From Thermoplasmata archaeon (GTDB lineage: Archaea; Thermoplasmatota; Thermoplasmata; Lutacidiplasmatales; UBA184): DNA of 55,584 nucleotides. Shown piece after piece: positions 26,003 to 35,685 of this stretch; positions within the stretch are counted from its first letter, which is position 1; every line of letters begins with the position of its first letter. The position numbers were made by a program, and so were the translations under genes. Under the pieces are notes generated by a model. The model searched no databases and had not been told where the DNA came from. It worked only from the letters and a program-made list of their open reading frames with translations. The stretch is taken from contig JASHSU010000037.1 of NCBI GenBank assembly GCA_030038605.1, forward strand, positions 1 to 55,584. Direction: 5' to 3'.

Positions 26003-28173
26003 GTCCCCCGGGACCCCCCGTCCTGCTGACGACCCTCACTTCGGCGGTACTGGCCGACGGGAGCGGGGACCTCTGCCTCACCCAGGAGAGCCGGGGCGCG
26101 CCCACCGAGTGGGGCGGAGTCTACGGTCAGATGGTCCGACTGACGGGCCCGTGGTCGGTCCGGCTCGCGGAAGGGCCCGAAGTGACGGACCTGCCATCGA
26201 CTCGGGTCCTGGCCGAGCCGTTTCCGGGTGGATGGTCGAGCCGCCACCGTTGGAGAGACCTCGACATCGTCCAGGACGTGGCCGCCGTCGAGCAACCCCC
26301 GGGTGCGTTGCGCCGGTTGGTGATCCGGTCCGACCGCGACCAAAACGTCACGCTCACCGTGACGAGCGAATTCGTTCCCTATCTGTTCCCCGTCCTCGTC
26401 GAAGGCATTCGGCCACCCGAATTCGAGGTCCACACCACCGGTCAGGACGTCCTCGTGCGCCACCGTGGGCTGGCCCTTCGCCTGGCCTGCTCGGTCCCCG
26501 CGAGCCATCTCCGACTGGATGGTGCTTCGTGGGTAGGCGGACACCATCGGGGCCCGGTCGGCCACCTAGCGAGCGAGCACCACCTGCTGGTGCCCCCGGG
26601 CGGAGTGACGGAGGTGCGGTGGCGTCTGGTGGGAGGATTCGAGCACGACCTCGAGCGCGGCCTCGCCGACTCCCGGCCGGACCTCGGGACTCCCGCCGAC
26701 CGGGCGGCCGAGCGCGCGGCGGCCGACGACCGGTGGAAACGGGAGACACCTCAACTCGAGTTTCCGGATGCGCCGGACCTGGAGCTCGCCTACCGTCAGG
26801 CCCGGTCCGCGCTCCGTCAACTCTACACCGCCCCGGCCGACGGGATGGTGGGCCTCGTCGCCGGCTATCCCTGGTACTCGGCGATCTGGTGCCGCGACCT
26901 GGCGGTCATGCTGCCGGCGGTCCTCTGGCTCGGGGATTTTGAGTGGGTCCGACGGTCCCTCGACACGGTCTTTCGGTTCCAGAGTCGCCAGCCGATACCG
27001 CTCCTCGCGGGCGAGCCCGGGGAGCTGCCGATGCAACTCGCGCCCGGGCCGATCTTCCTCTTCGGCACGTCCGACAGCACGCTCCGGTTTCCCGCCGTGG
27101 TCGAGCAGATGCACCGCCACGCGGGCGACATGGCCCAGGTCGCCCGCTGGGCCGATGCGCTGCACCGTATCGTCCGGTGGGGCCAGGCCCGCACCGACCC
27201 TACCACCGGCCTGCTGCGGCACGGCGGTGAGGCCGAATCGATCGCTCTCGCGACCGGAGCGCTGGCCAAGGTCCGGTACGGGATCGACGCCCCGGACACG
27301 ACGATCTGGGATTCGGCCGACCGTCGCGACCATGCCGTCGACGTGCAGGTCCTCTGGTGGCAGACGCTCGACGCCGCGGCCACCCTGCTCGGGCACGCGG
27401 ACGACCCGGTGCGTCGGGCCACGTGCCAACAGGAAGCCGCCCGCCTGCAGGCGACGATAGCCGAGCGGTACCCGTGGACGGCGGAAGACTTCCTCTACGA
27501 TTCGTTCCGCTCCGGCCGTCCCGTTCCTCACGTGCGCCCCAATGCACTCCGTGCGGTGAGCGCCGGCCTCGTAGAGCCGGCGCTGGCCCGCCGCATGGTC
27601 GCCCGCGCGGCCCGCGACGACCTCACCACGCCCTGGGGGGTCCGCTGCCTCTCCGCGAGGGACCCGACCTACCGTCCCACCAGCTACCACGAAGGGCAGG
27701 TCTGGACGATCGCGACCGCCTGGGCGGCCGACGCCGCCTATGCGGTCGGCGACACGGAACGGGGCCTCGCCTGGCTGCGGACCATCGCGAGCCGCTACGC
27801 CGTCGAGGCCGGGTTCGCTCACGAGTGCTACCGCGGCGATCGGGCCGAGCCGTTCGACTCCTGCTTCCTGCTGGGGTTCAGCGTGGGTCCGTTCCTCGCC
27901 CTCGTGTTCGAGCGGCTGTGGGGCCTGGAGGTCCTGACACCGGGCCGCGCGCTCCGGGTCGCGCCGGCGTTCCCCGCGGGTTGGTCGTCCGCGCGGATCC
28001 GGGGACTCCGCCTCGGCTCGGGGCGCGTCGACCTCGCCTGGACGCCGGCCGAGTTGCGGGTCGGATGGTCCGGCGCCGTTCCGCTCTCGGTCGAGGCGGG
28101 CCCGGGCGTCACGACGGTGCCGGCGGGGGGCTCCGTCGCGGTGCCGCTCGGCCCGGTCCCCCAGAGGTCATAA
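25999..28173 (+). CDS. Amylo-alpha-1,6-glucosidase / glycogen-debranching-enzyme-type (alpha/alpha)6-barrel glycosidase
   Basis: 724 aa. It carries the GDE_C-type core YPWYSAIWCRDLAVMLPAVLWLGDF ... SYHEGQVWTIATAWAADA ... ECYRGD. Confidence 0.75.
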   Translation: MSPPGPPVLLTTLTSAVLADGSGDLCLTQESRGAPTEWGGVYGQMVRLTGPWSVRLAEGPEVTDLPSTRVLAEPFPGGWSSRHRWRDLDIVQDVAAVEQPPGALRRLVIRSDRDQNVTLTVTSEFVPYLFPVLVEGIRPPEFEVHTTGQDVLVRHRGLALRLACSVPASHLRLDGASWVGGHHRGPVGHLASEHHLLVPPGGVTEVRWRLVGGFEHDLERGLADSRPDLGTPADRAAERAAADDRWKRETPQLEFPDAPDLELAYRQARSALRQLYTAPADGMVGLVAGYPWYSAIWCRDLAVMLPAVLWLGDFEWVRRSLDTVFRFQSRQPIPLLAGEPGELPMQLAPGPIFLFGTSDSTLRFPAVVEQMHRHAGDMAQVARWADALHRIVRWGQARTDPTTGLLRHGGEAESIALATGALAKVRYGIDAPDTTIWDSADRRDHAVDVQVLWWQTLDAAATLLGHADDPVRRATCQQEAARLQATIAERYPWTAEDFLYDSFRSGRPVPHVRPNALRAVSAGLVEPALARRMVARAARDDLTTPWGVRCLSARDPTYRPTSYHEGQVWTIATAWAADAAYAVGDTERGLAWLRTIASRYAVEAGFAHECYRGDRAEPFDSCFLLGFSVGPFLALVFERLWGLEVLTPGRALRVAPAFPAGWSSARIRGLRLGSGRVDLAWTPAELRVGWSGAVPLSVEAGPGVTTVPAGGSVAVPLGPVPQRS

Positions 28174-28195
28174 CCCGCGAGCCCCCTCGCGGGCG

Positions 28196-29128
28196 ATGCC
28201 CAACGCCATCGAGGTCCGGGGCCTCGTCAAGAACTACGGGACGCTGCGGGCGGTCGACGGGATCCAGTTCTCGGTCGCCGCGGGGTCGGTCTTCGCGTTC
28301 CTCGGACCCAACGGGGCCGGCAAGACGACCACGACCGAGATCCTCGAGGGACTGCGGCCGAAGACGGCCGGGGACGTCCGCGTCCTTGGGCTGGACCCGT
28401 GGACGCAGGGCGCCGAGCTCCACCAGAAGATCGGCGTCATCCCGCAGGACTTCCGGTTCTTCGAGCGGATCACGCCCGCGGAGGGGATCGAGTACTACAG
28501 CGCCCTGTTCGGGACCCACCCGGACGCTTCGGCGATCCTGTCCCGGGTGGCTCTGTCGGACAAGGCGGACGCCCGGTACGACACCCTCTCCGGGGGCCAG
28601 AAACAGAAGATGGGACTGGCCCTCGCCCTGACCAACGACCCGGAGATCTGCTTTCTGGACGAGCCGACGACCGGCCTCGACCCGGCGGCACGCCGAGCGA
28701 TCTGGGAAGTCATCCGGTCGCTGAAGCGGGAGGGCCGGACCGTCTTCCTGACGACCCACTACCTCGAGGAGGCCGAGATTCTCGCCGACCAGGTCGCCAT
28801 CATCCATCACGGCCACATCATCGCGACGGGGACCCCGAGCGAGATCATCTCCGCCCACGGCCGGCCCCCGCGGTTGCGCCTGGCCGCCGGCCCGGACGTC
28901 GCCGCGTTCGTACAGCGGACCCTGGGCGCGACGGCCACGGTCGAGAACGGGTACGTCGAGGTGGTCGTCCACGACAAGGACGAGTCGCTGCGGGTCCTCT
29001 CCGCGGTCCAGTCGAGCGGCCTACCGTGGAGCTCGTTCACGACCGAACACGACACGCTCGAGGACGTCTTCGTCCGGATGGTCGGCCGGATGGACGACGG
29101 AGCGCTCAAGTCGGAGGGAGCGACATGA
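28196..29128 (+). CDS. ABC transporter ATP-binding protein (ABC-2/DrrA type)
   Basis: Walker A GPNGAGKTT, signature LSGGQKQK, Walker B ICFLDEPTTGLD. Confidence 0.9.
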   Translation: MPNAIEVRGLVKNYGTLRAVDGIQFSVAAGSVFAFLGPNGAGKTTTTEILEGLRPKTAGDVRVLGLDPWTQGAELHQKIGVIPQDFRFFERITPAEGIEYYSALFGTHPDASAILSRVALSDKADARYDTLSGGQKQKMGLALALTNDPEICFLDEPTTGLDPAARRAIWEVIRSLKREGRTVFLTTHYLEEAEILADQVAIIHHGHIIATGTPSEIISAHGRPPRLRLAAGPDVAAFVQRTLGATATVENGYVEVVVHDKDESLRVLSAVQSSGLPWSSFTTEHDTLEDVFVRMVGRMDDGALKSEGAT

Positions 29129-30237
29129 AATTCCGCCGCATCGGCTCCGACCTGAAGGTCGTCTACCTCCAGTACCGGCGGAACCCGGCGGCGCTGTTCT
29201 TCTCGTTCTTCTTCCCCATCCTGATCGTCGCCCTGTTCGGCTACATCTTCTCCGGCGCCGGGAGCGCAGTGACCACGGTCGTCGTCCTCAACGAGGACCA
29301 GAACTCGCCGGCGAGCGTCGCCTTCCTCGCCGCGCTCAACAACACGTCGGTCGTCCAGGTCCAGGTCGTCGGCGGGAGCAGCTGGACGCCGTCCAACTTC
29401 GCCGCCGAGTTAGGCAGTGCGGGAGCCTCGGTCGGCCTCATCGTGCCCGCGGGCTTCCAGGCCAACTATTCCGCGCACACGAACGTGAGCCTCGCCCTGT
29501 TCGTCAACCCGACCGATGCGGCCTCCGCCGGCACGGCCGAGGGGGCCATCCAGGGCGTCGCCAACGGGTTCAACCTCCACGCCGCCGACGGCCGGGCGAT
29601 CATCACCATCGCCTCGATCCACAACGTCGGCAGCCAGATCTACACGTACATCGACTACCTGATCCCGGGCCTCATCGGCTTCACCATCCTCACGAGCCCG
29701 ATGTTCTCGATGGTCGACATCGCGGCGTCGTACCGGAAGGACGGGATCTTCCGGGAGCTTTCCCTGACCCCGCTGACCCGGTCCGAATGGCTCACCAGCC
29801 ACATCCTCTGGTACATCGTCCTCACGTTCATCAACGCCGGCATCATGATCGCCTTCGGGGTCGGCGTCTTCAGCGCCCACCTGTCGATCGGGCTCGGGAT
29901 GATCCCGTTCCTGCTGGTCGGCACGTTCCTGTTCGTCTCGATCGGGATGCTCTCGGGCACCGTCGCCAAGACCCCCGAGTCCGCCGCGATCATCGGGAAC
30001 ATCATCACGTTCCCGATGATGTTCCTCTCGGGGACGTTCTTCCCCGTCTCCTCGTTCCCCCCGTGGCTCCAGACGGTCGCCCACGTCCTGCCGCTCTACT
30101 ACGTCATCGACGGGCTCGACCAGGCGATGCTGTTCGGCAACTGGAACCGGGCGGCCCTGGACCTGACCATCGTCCTGGTGATCGCGGTCGTGGTGTTCGT
30201 CATGGCCGTCCGGTTCTTCCGGTGGCGGGACAGCTAA
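29125..30237 (+). CDS. ABC-2 type transporter permease
   Basis: Internal ATG 29125 overlaps the ATPase stop (ATGA) and is preceded by GGAGGGAG. About 6 TM helices, and the first loop is a large extracytoplasmic one. Confidence 0.85.
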   Translation: MKFRRIGSDLKVVYLQYRRNPAALFFSFFFPILIVALFGYIFSGAGSAVTTVVVLNEDQNSPASVAFLAALNNTSVVQVQVVGGSSWTPSNFAAELGSAGASVGLIVPAGFQANYSAHTNVSLALFVNPTDAASAGTAEGAIQGVANGFNLHAADGRAIITIASIHNVGSQIYTYIDYLIPGLIGFTILTSPMFSMVDIAASYRKDGIFRELSLTPLTRSEWLTSHILWYIVLTFINAGIMIAFGVGVFSAHLSIGLGMIPFLLVGTFLFVSIGMLSGTVAKTPESAAIIGNIITFPMMFLSGTFFPVSSFPPWLQTVAHVLPLYYVIDGLDQAMLFGNWNRAALDLTIVLVIAVVVFVMAVRFFRWRDS

Positions 30238-30241
30238 GCCC

Positions 30242-30775
30242 ATGACCGACCCGTCGCCCCCGACGGTCGACCCCACTGGCTTCCGCCACCTGATGGCCCG
30301 CTGGGCGACCGGCGTGACCGTCGTGACCGCCCACGACGACGCGGGCGACGCCGGGCTCACGGTGAACGCGTTCCTCTCGGTCTCGCTGCGGCCCCCGTCG
30401 GTGCTGATCAGCCTCACGACCGACGCCGACACCGTGCCCGTGATCGAACGGTCCCGGTCGTTCGCGGTCAACCTGCTCGGCGCGGGGCAACGCGCTCTGA
30501 GCGAGCGATTCGCCCGGACCGTCCCCTCGGCCGAGAAATTCAGCGGTCTCACGTTCCATCGCGGACCCGGGGGGCTGCCGCTCCTGGACGGCACCCTGGG
30601 AGCCCTCGAATGCCACGTGGTCGCCTGGGTCCCCCGGTTCGACCACGTGCTCATCGTCGGAGAGGTGACCCACGAGGAGACCGGAGGGGACGGCCCGCCC
30701 CTCCTGTTCTACCATTCCGGATACGGCGAGGCGGAGGGCGCGGACCGGGTCAAGCTGCCCCCCGCGCGGCGCTGA
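30242..30775 (+). CDS. Flavin reductase-like FMN-binding protein
   Basis: 177 aa. The motifs FRHLMARWATGVTVVTA..GLTVNAFLSVSLRPPSVLISL are typical of the flavin reductase domain family. Confidence 0.8.
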   Translation: MTDPSPPTVDPTGFRHLMARWATGVTVVTAHDDAGDAGLTVNAFLSVSLRPPSVLISLTTDADTVPVIERSRSFAVNLLGAGQRALSERFARTVPSAEKFSGLTFHRGPGGLPLLDGTLGALECHVVAWVPRFDHVLIVGEVTHEETGGDGPPLLFYHSGYGEAEGADRVKLPPARR

Positions 30776-30850
30776 ACCGCGTCAATCCGGAATATTCCTG
30801 ACGTAAATCCGCCGTGGGTTCATAAGCGCCGGACGCGCCCATAGAGCACG

Positions 30851-33800
30851 ATGAATGCCGTCGCCCGCCGACCCGCGCGTCGACTGTCCCGAACGACTGT
30901 TCCCATCCTGGTGGTCTGCGTGGCCGTGGCCGCCCTCCTCGTGGGAGGCCTGCCCCTTCGCACGCCGGCTCCGTCGGCCTCCGCGGCCCCGGCCCCGGTG
31001 AGCGCCGCCCCGTCCCCGTCGACGTCCGCGGTGCCGGCGCACCACCTGTACAGCGTTCCCCTCACCGGCCCGCACCCGGCGCAGAATCTCCAGGACCCGG
31101 CCTGGCTAGCGTACGATGCGGCCGACAACTGGTTCTACGTCGCCGACCCCCCCTCCACCCTGGACGGGCTCAACGCGAGTTACAGCTACCCGTGGGTCAA
31201 CACGTCCGTCACGGTCGGGACCGACCCGTTCGGGGTGGTCGTGGACCCGATCACGGGCGACGTGCTGGTCACGAACACCGGTTCGGACAACGTCAGCGTG
31301 GTCGACCCGACGACGAATTCCGTGGTCCTCTCGGTCCCCGTCGGCGACGCGCCGATGGGCATCGCCTTCGACCCGGTCACCCAGCAGATCCTCGTGGCGA
31401 ACAACCAGTCGAACAACGTGACGTTCCTGAGCGCGGCCACCTACGCCGTGACCGCCAACGTCGCGGTCGGACACGGGCCGGTCGGCGTGGCGGTCGATTA
31501 CCTCACCGGATCGGCGTACGTCGCGAACAGCCTCAGCTCGACCGTGAGCGTGCTCAACGACTCATCGTGGCAGGTCGTCGCGACGGTCGGCACGGGGGAT
31601 ACTCCCTACGGCGTGGCGTTCGACAACCGCTCCGGGTACGTGTACGTGACCAACGCGGGGTCGGCCAACGTCACGGTCATCGACGCGGGGACCTCGCAGG
31701 TCCTCACGAGCGTTCCCGTGGAGGCGTGGGGTACCTCCGGCTCGGCTCCTCTCCAGGGGATCGCCTACGACCCGCAGGACAACATGCTGTGGGTAGGTGC
31801 GGGCCAGGTTACGGCGGTCGTCATCGACCCGGCCAACGAGTCGGTGGCCGCGTACATCTCGATCGACCCGTCCGGCGTGGCGTACGACAGCGCCAACGGC
31901 AACGTCTGTGTCACCAACACGGCCAATCGCACCTTCGAATGCATCGCGTTTGCCGGCGACAGCTACACGGCGCCCACGCTGACGTTCGCCGAGAGCGGGC
32001 TGCCGACCGGAACGACCTGGAGCGTAATGCTCGTCGATTACTACGGTGTAGCGACCACCGGCACGGGGTCCACGGCGACGTCGCGGAACATCACCTTCGC
32101 CTCGTACTGGCAACAGGTGACCTACCAAGTAGCGGCGGTCGGGGCGGACTATCTGGCGTCGCCGGTCTCGGGATCCATCAATCAGTCCGGCGTTCCGGTC
32201 CAGATCAATATCGCCTTCTCCCTCGTCGCGCCGGGGACGTTCTTCTGGGTGAACTTTACCGAGTCCGGCCTCCCCACCGGCACCTCCTGGTGGGTCGATC
32301 TGGGGGGGTTCGGCCAGGATTCGTCCGGCCTCAGTAACGACTTCCAGCTCGCGGACGGGACGTACACGTACTACGTGCTCCCGATCGATGGTACCCAGGC
32401 GCAGTCGGGCACCGTCGTGGTGAACGGCTCGGCGACCGGGGTCTCCCTGACGTTCACCTCCCCTCAGACCTACCTCGTCACGTTCACCGAGGTGGGGTTG
32501 CCGAACGGCACCGGTTGGAGCTTCGACCTGAACGGAAACTACTACAGTACTACGGGGAGCCTCGAGGCGGCTGCCCTGCCGAACGGGACGTACTCGTACT
32601 TGGTGTACACTTCGGGCAACTGGACTCCCGTGCCCTCGACGGGGTCGGTCACGGTGTACGGGGCGCCCACCGACGTGTACGTCAACTTCTCGTACGAGGC
32701 GTACTACTTTGTCGGGTTCACGGAGACGGGGTTACCCGCCGGCACGTTGTGGTCCGTGAACCTGAGTGGGCTCAGCCGCGCGAACCTCTCCCTGTCCTCC
32801 TCGTCCGAGGTCCTGTTCCAGGAGGCGAACGGGACGTACGATTGGGAGGCGGGGTACGCCGTGGCGAACCTCTCCGGAACGCTCGTGTACTACTATCCCG
32901 CGCCGAACAACGGGACGGTCGATGTGGTCGGGGGCTCGGTCCAGGTCGACCTCGTGTTCCAATCCGGGACTCCACCGACGCTCTACGGTGTCTCCTTCCA
33001 CGCGCTGGCCCTCCCGTCGGGTAGCACCTGGTCCGTCACGTTCAACTCCCAGACCGATCAGGCGACGACCGCGTTTCTCAACTTCACCGCCGCCAACGGA
33101 ACGTACGGCTACACCGTGAGCCCTCCGTCGGGCTACCTCGCCGTCCCCTCCGCCGGCCAGCTGGTCGTCGCCGGCCTGGCGGTGACGGTCGACGTGAACC
33201 TCTCGCTCGCCCCGGTGTCGCTCGACTACGCGGTCACCCTCCAGGAGTCCGGATTGCCGAACGGAACGGCCTGGAGCGCGAGCGTGAACGGGATCGCCAA
33301 CTCGTCGATCAGTCCGACCATCGTGTTCGACGAGCCGAACGGGACCTACTCCGTCAACGTGACGGCGGTACCGGGCTACTCGGTGAACTACAGCACCCCC
33401 GTGGTCGTTCACGGCGCCGCGCTGACGCTGGCCGTCACGTTCTCCAACTCGACCTACCCGGTCGTGCTGCTCGAGACCGGCCTCCCCTCGGGTGACCTGT
33501 GGACGGCCACGGCCGTGGACACGGTGAGCGGCGCCCAGGTCGTCGGCCAGTCGACCGGCCCGACCCTCACGCTCCATCTGCTGGACGGGACGTACGACCT
33601 GAGCGTCGCCGGTCCGTCCGGCTACACCGTGCACCTCTCGGCCACCGAGGTCGGCGTGCACGGCACGACCCCGGCGCCGGTCCAGGTCGCGTTCACCTCG
33701 CCCTCGAGCTCCGGCGGGACCTCCCCCCTCGGACCGTTCGGGTATCTGACCGTCGTCTACGTGCTCACCGCCGTCGTGGCGGGCCTCGCCGCGGTCTGGG

Positions 33801-33904
33801 GTCTCGCGCGCTACCGGTCGGAGCGGTGGCGCAGCGAAGGCGAAGAGTGGGTACGGGAACTGCGGGATGAGTCGCGAACCGAGCCGAACGAACGGACCCG
33901 GTGA
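30851..33904 (+). CDS. Surface protein: signal peptide, YVTN-type beta-propeller, seven GLPxGTxW modules, C-terminal TM anchor
   Basis: 1017 aa. The YVTN repeats include VTNTGSDNVSVVDPTTN, VANNQSNNVTFL, VANSLSSTVSVL and VTNAGSANVTVID. The seven modules are FAESGLPTGTTWSV, FTESGLPTGTSWWV, FTEVGLPNGTGWSF, FTETGLPAGTLWSV, ALPSGSTWSV, LQESGLPNGTAWSA and LLETGLPSGDLWTA. The C-terminal helix is YLTVVYVLTAVVAGLAAVWGLA. Confidence 0.85.
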   Translation: MNAVARRPARRLSRTTVPILVVCVAVAALLVGGLPLRTPAPSASAAPAPVSAAPSPSTSAVPAHHLYSVPLTGPHPAQNLQDPAWLAYDAADNWFYVADPPSTLDGLNASYSYPWVNTSVTVGTDPFGVVVDPITGDVLVTNTGSDNVSVVDPTTNSVVLSVPVGDAPMGIAFDPVTQQILVANNQSNNVTFLSAATYAVTANVAVGHGPVGVAVDYLTGSAYVANSLSSTVSVLNDSSWQVVATVGTGDTPYGVAFDNRSGYVYVTNAGSANVTVIDAGTSQVLTSVPVEAWGTSGSAPLQGIAYDPQDNMLWVGAGQVTAVVIDPANESVAAYISIDPSGVAYDSANGNVCVTNTANRTFECIAFAGDSYTAPTLTFAESGLPTGTTWSVMLVDYYGVATTGTGSTATSRNITFASYWQQVTYQVAAVGADYLASPVSGSINQSGVPVQINIAFSLVAPGTFFWVNFTESGLPTGTSWWVDLGGFGQDSSGLSNDFQLADGTYTYYVLPIDGTQAQSGTVVVNGSATGVSLTFTSPQTYLVTFTEVGLPNGTGWSFDLNGNYYSTTGSLEAAALPNGTYSYLVYTSGNWTPVPSTGSVTVYGAPTDVYVNFSYEAYYFVGFTETGLPAGTLWSVNLSGLSRANLSLSSSSEVLFQEANGTYDWEAGYAVANLSGTLVYYYPAPNNGTVDVVGGSVQVDLVFQSGTPPTLYGVSFHALALPSGSTWSVTFNSQTDQATTAFLNFTAANGTYGYTVSPPSGYLAVPSAGQLVVAGLAVTVDVNLSLAPVSLDYAVTLQESGLPNGTAWSASVNGIANSSISPTIVFDEPNGTYSVNVTAVPGYSVNYSTPVVVHGAALTLAVTFSNSTYPVVLLETGLPSGDLWTATAVDTVSGAQVVGQSTGPTLTLHLLDGTYDLSVAGPSGYTVHLSATEVGVHGTTPAPVQVAFTSPSSSGGTSPLGPFGYLTVVYVLTAVVAGLAAVWGLARYRSERWRSEGEEWVRELRDESRTEPNERTR

Positions 33905-33986
33905 ACGCGTTGGTCTCGGTCGCGTCCCCGCGGGGTTGCCTCCGCACGGTTGAAGTCGAGCTCCGTCCTGACCGGTCGCAGCGACC

Positions 33987-34622
33987 ATGACCGTCGATTG
34001 GGTCACCCCGGTGGTGGCGGCCGCCGGCGGGCTGGTCGTCGGCTGGGTCGCCCATTACCTCTGGAGCCACCCGACGACCCGGCCGCGCCCGGTGCCCCCG
34101 TCAGCGACCGACCTAGTCCGTCGGGCGCCCCCGGAGTCGGCTCCGCCGACCGTCCCTCCGAACACCACGACCGCCCCCGCGACCGGGAGCGCGGCCCGCG
34201 TCGGGGCTTCCGGTTTGGCGCGCTCCGAGCCCTCGTCCCTCGCCCCACCGGCCGGCCCCGGGGGAGAGGGACTCACCCTGGCGCGCCAGGTGATCCTGCA
34301 CCTCGCCCGAGTGGGTCGTGTCGGGGCCGAGGACGTCGCTCCGCTCGGGTCGACCCAGCAGGGGATGGTGGCGGCGCTGCACGTCCGCCAGGGTTCCCTG
34401 GTGCGCGTCCTGCAGCGGCTCCGTGCGGCGAACGTGGTCGAGGTCGACCGCCGGCACGTGGCCGGGGTCCCCCGTCGGCTGTTGGTCTATCGGTTGACCT
34501 CCCTGGGCGAGTCGATCGCCCGGGACCTCCGCCATCCCACGCCGCCGCGGCCCCCGTCCGTCCCGGCACCCTCCGGAGCCTGGATCGCGCCCCGGACACC
34601 GACCGCCGAGCAGCGGGTCTGA
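33987..34622 (+). CDS. Membrane-anchored winged-helix (MarR/PadR-like) DNA-binding protein
   Basis: 211 aa. N-terminal TM (VTPVVAAAGGLVVGWVAHYLW), a Pro-rich linker, then a wHTH-like core (LARQVILHLARVG...QQGMVAALHVRQGSLVRVLQRLRAANVVEV..RRLLVYRLTSLGE). Confidence 0.55.
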   Translation: MTVDWVTPVVAAAGGLVVGWVAHYLWSHPTTRPRPVPPSATDLVRRAPPESAPPTVPPNTTTAPATGSAARVGASGLARSEPSSLAPPAGPGGEGLTLARQVILHLARVGRVGAEDVAPLGSTQQGMVAALHVRQGSLVRVLQRLRAANVVEVDRRHVAGVPRRLLVYRLTSLGESIARDLRHPTPPRPPSVPAPSGAWIAPRTPTAEQRV

Positions 34623-34651
34623 CGGGGTGGGCGCCTCCCTCGGAGGTGCCG

Positions 34652-34658
34652 CTTTAAC
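34652..34658 (+). promoter_or_regulatory. TATA-like box CTTTAAC upstream of trxB
   Basis: Lies 23-29 nt upstream of ATG 34681. This supports that internal ATG as a leaderless start. Confidence 0.45.
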
Positions 34659-34680
34659 CTCCCGCCGACCTGTTCGCCCC

Positions 34681-35625
34681 ATGTCGGCGGCGCCCCGGCG
34701 CACCCGGGTCGCGATTATCGGGAGCGGGCCGGCCGGCCTGACGGCGGCCCTGTACGCGGCACGAGGCCAGTTGCAGCCGGTGCTCATCTCCGGCGTTCCG
34801 GCCGGCGGGCAGCTGCTCATCACCACCGACGTGGAGAACTACCCCGGATTCCCGGACGGCATCCAGGGTCCCGAGCTGGTCGAGCTCATGCGCCGCCAGG
34901 CGGCCCGGTTCGGTACGGAGTACGTGGACGACAACGTGACCCGGGTCGAGTTCGGAGCGCGTCCCTTTCAGGTCCACACCGGGACGATGGGGACCGTCGT
35001 CGCCGACGCGGTCATCGTCGCGACGGGGGCCAACGCCCGATGGCTCGGACTCCCCTCCGAGACCCGTCTCAAGAACCACGGGGTCTCCGCGTGCGCCACC
35101 TGCGATGGGTTCTTCTTCAAGGGCAAGGACCTGGTCGTGGTCGGCGGCGGGGACACCGCCATGGAAGAGGCGCTGTTCTTGACCAACTTCGCGACGCACG
35201 TGACGATCGTGCACCGCCGGAGCATGCTGAAGGCGAGCAAGGTGATGCAGGAGCGGGCCCGCCACCACCCGAAGATCTCCTTCGAACTGGAGCACGTCGT
35301 GGACGAGGTCCTGGGAAAGGACCAGGTCGAGGGCGTCCGGCTGAAGCACCTGCCGACCGGGGCTCAGCGGGAGCTGAAAGCCGGCGGTCTGTTCATCGCC
35401 ATCGGCCACGAGCCGGCGACCGAGGTGTTCCGCGGCGTGCTCGACCTGACTCCCGAAGGATACCTACGGGTCCACGACCGGACGCGGACGAGCGTCGAGG
35501 GGGTCTTCGCGGCCGGGGACGTCGAGGACCACCGGTACCGCCAGGCCGTCACCGCGGCCGGCGCCGGCTGCATGGCCGCCATCGACGCCGAGCGGTGGCT
35601 GCAGGAACAGGGCCTCGGCGGCTGA
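34681..35625 (+). CDS. trxB: Thioredoxin-disulfide reductase
   Basis: VAIIGSGPAGLTAALYAAR FAD motif, redox-active CATCDG, and a second GGGDTAMEEA dinucleotide motif. The start was moved from 34627 to ATG 34681. Confidence 0.9.
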   Translation: MSAAPRRTRVAIIGSGPAGLTAALYAARGQLQPVLISGVPAGGQLLITTDVENYPGFPDGIQGPELVELMRRQAARFGTEYVDDNVTRVEFGARPFQVHTGTMGTVVADAVIVATGANARWLGLPSETRLKNHGVSACATCDGFFFKGKDLVVVGGGDTAMEEALFLTNFATHVTIVHRRSMLKASKVMQERARHHPKISFELEHVVDEVLGKDQVEGVRLKHLPTGAQRELKAGGLFIAIGHEPATEVFRGVLDLTPEGYLRVHDRTRTSVEGVFAAGDVEDHRYRQAVTAAGAGCMAAIDAERWLQEQGLGG

Positions 35626-35644
35626 CGACCGCCGCGACGCGACC

Positions 35645-35653
35645 CTTTAATAT
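35645..35653 (+). promoter_or_regulatory. TATA-like box CTTTAATAT upstream of the ferredoxin-GGR pair
   Basis: Lies 33-41 nt upstream of GTG 35686. Confidence 0.45.
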
Positions 35654-35685
35654 CCGGGTGGGGGCTTCGACCCGAGGACGCCGCC

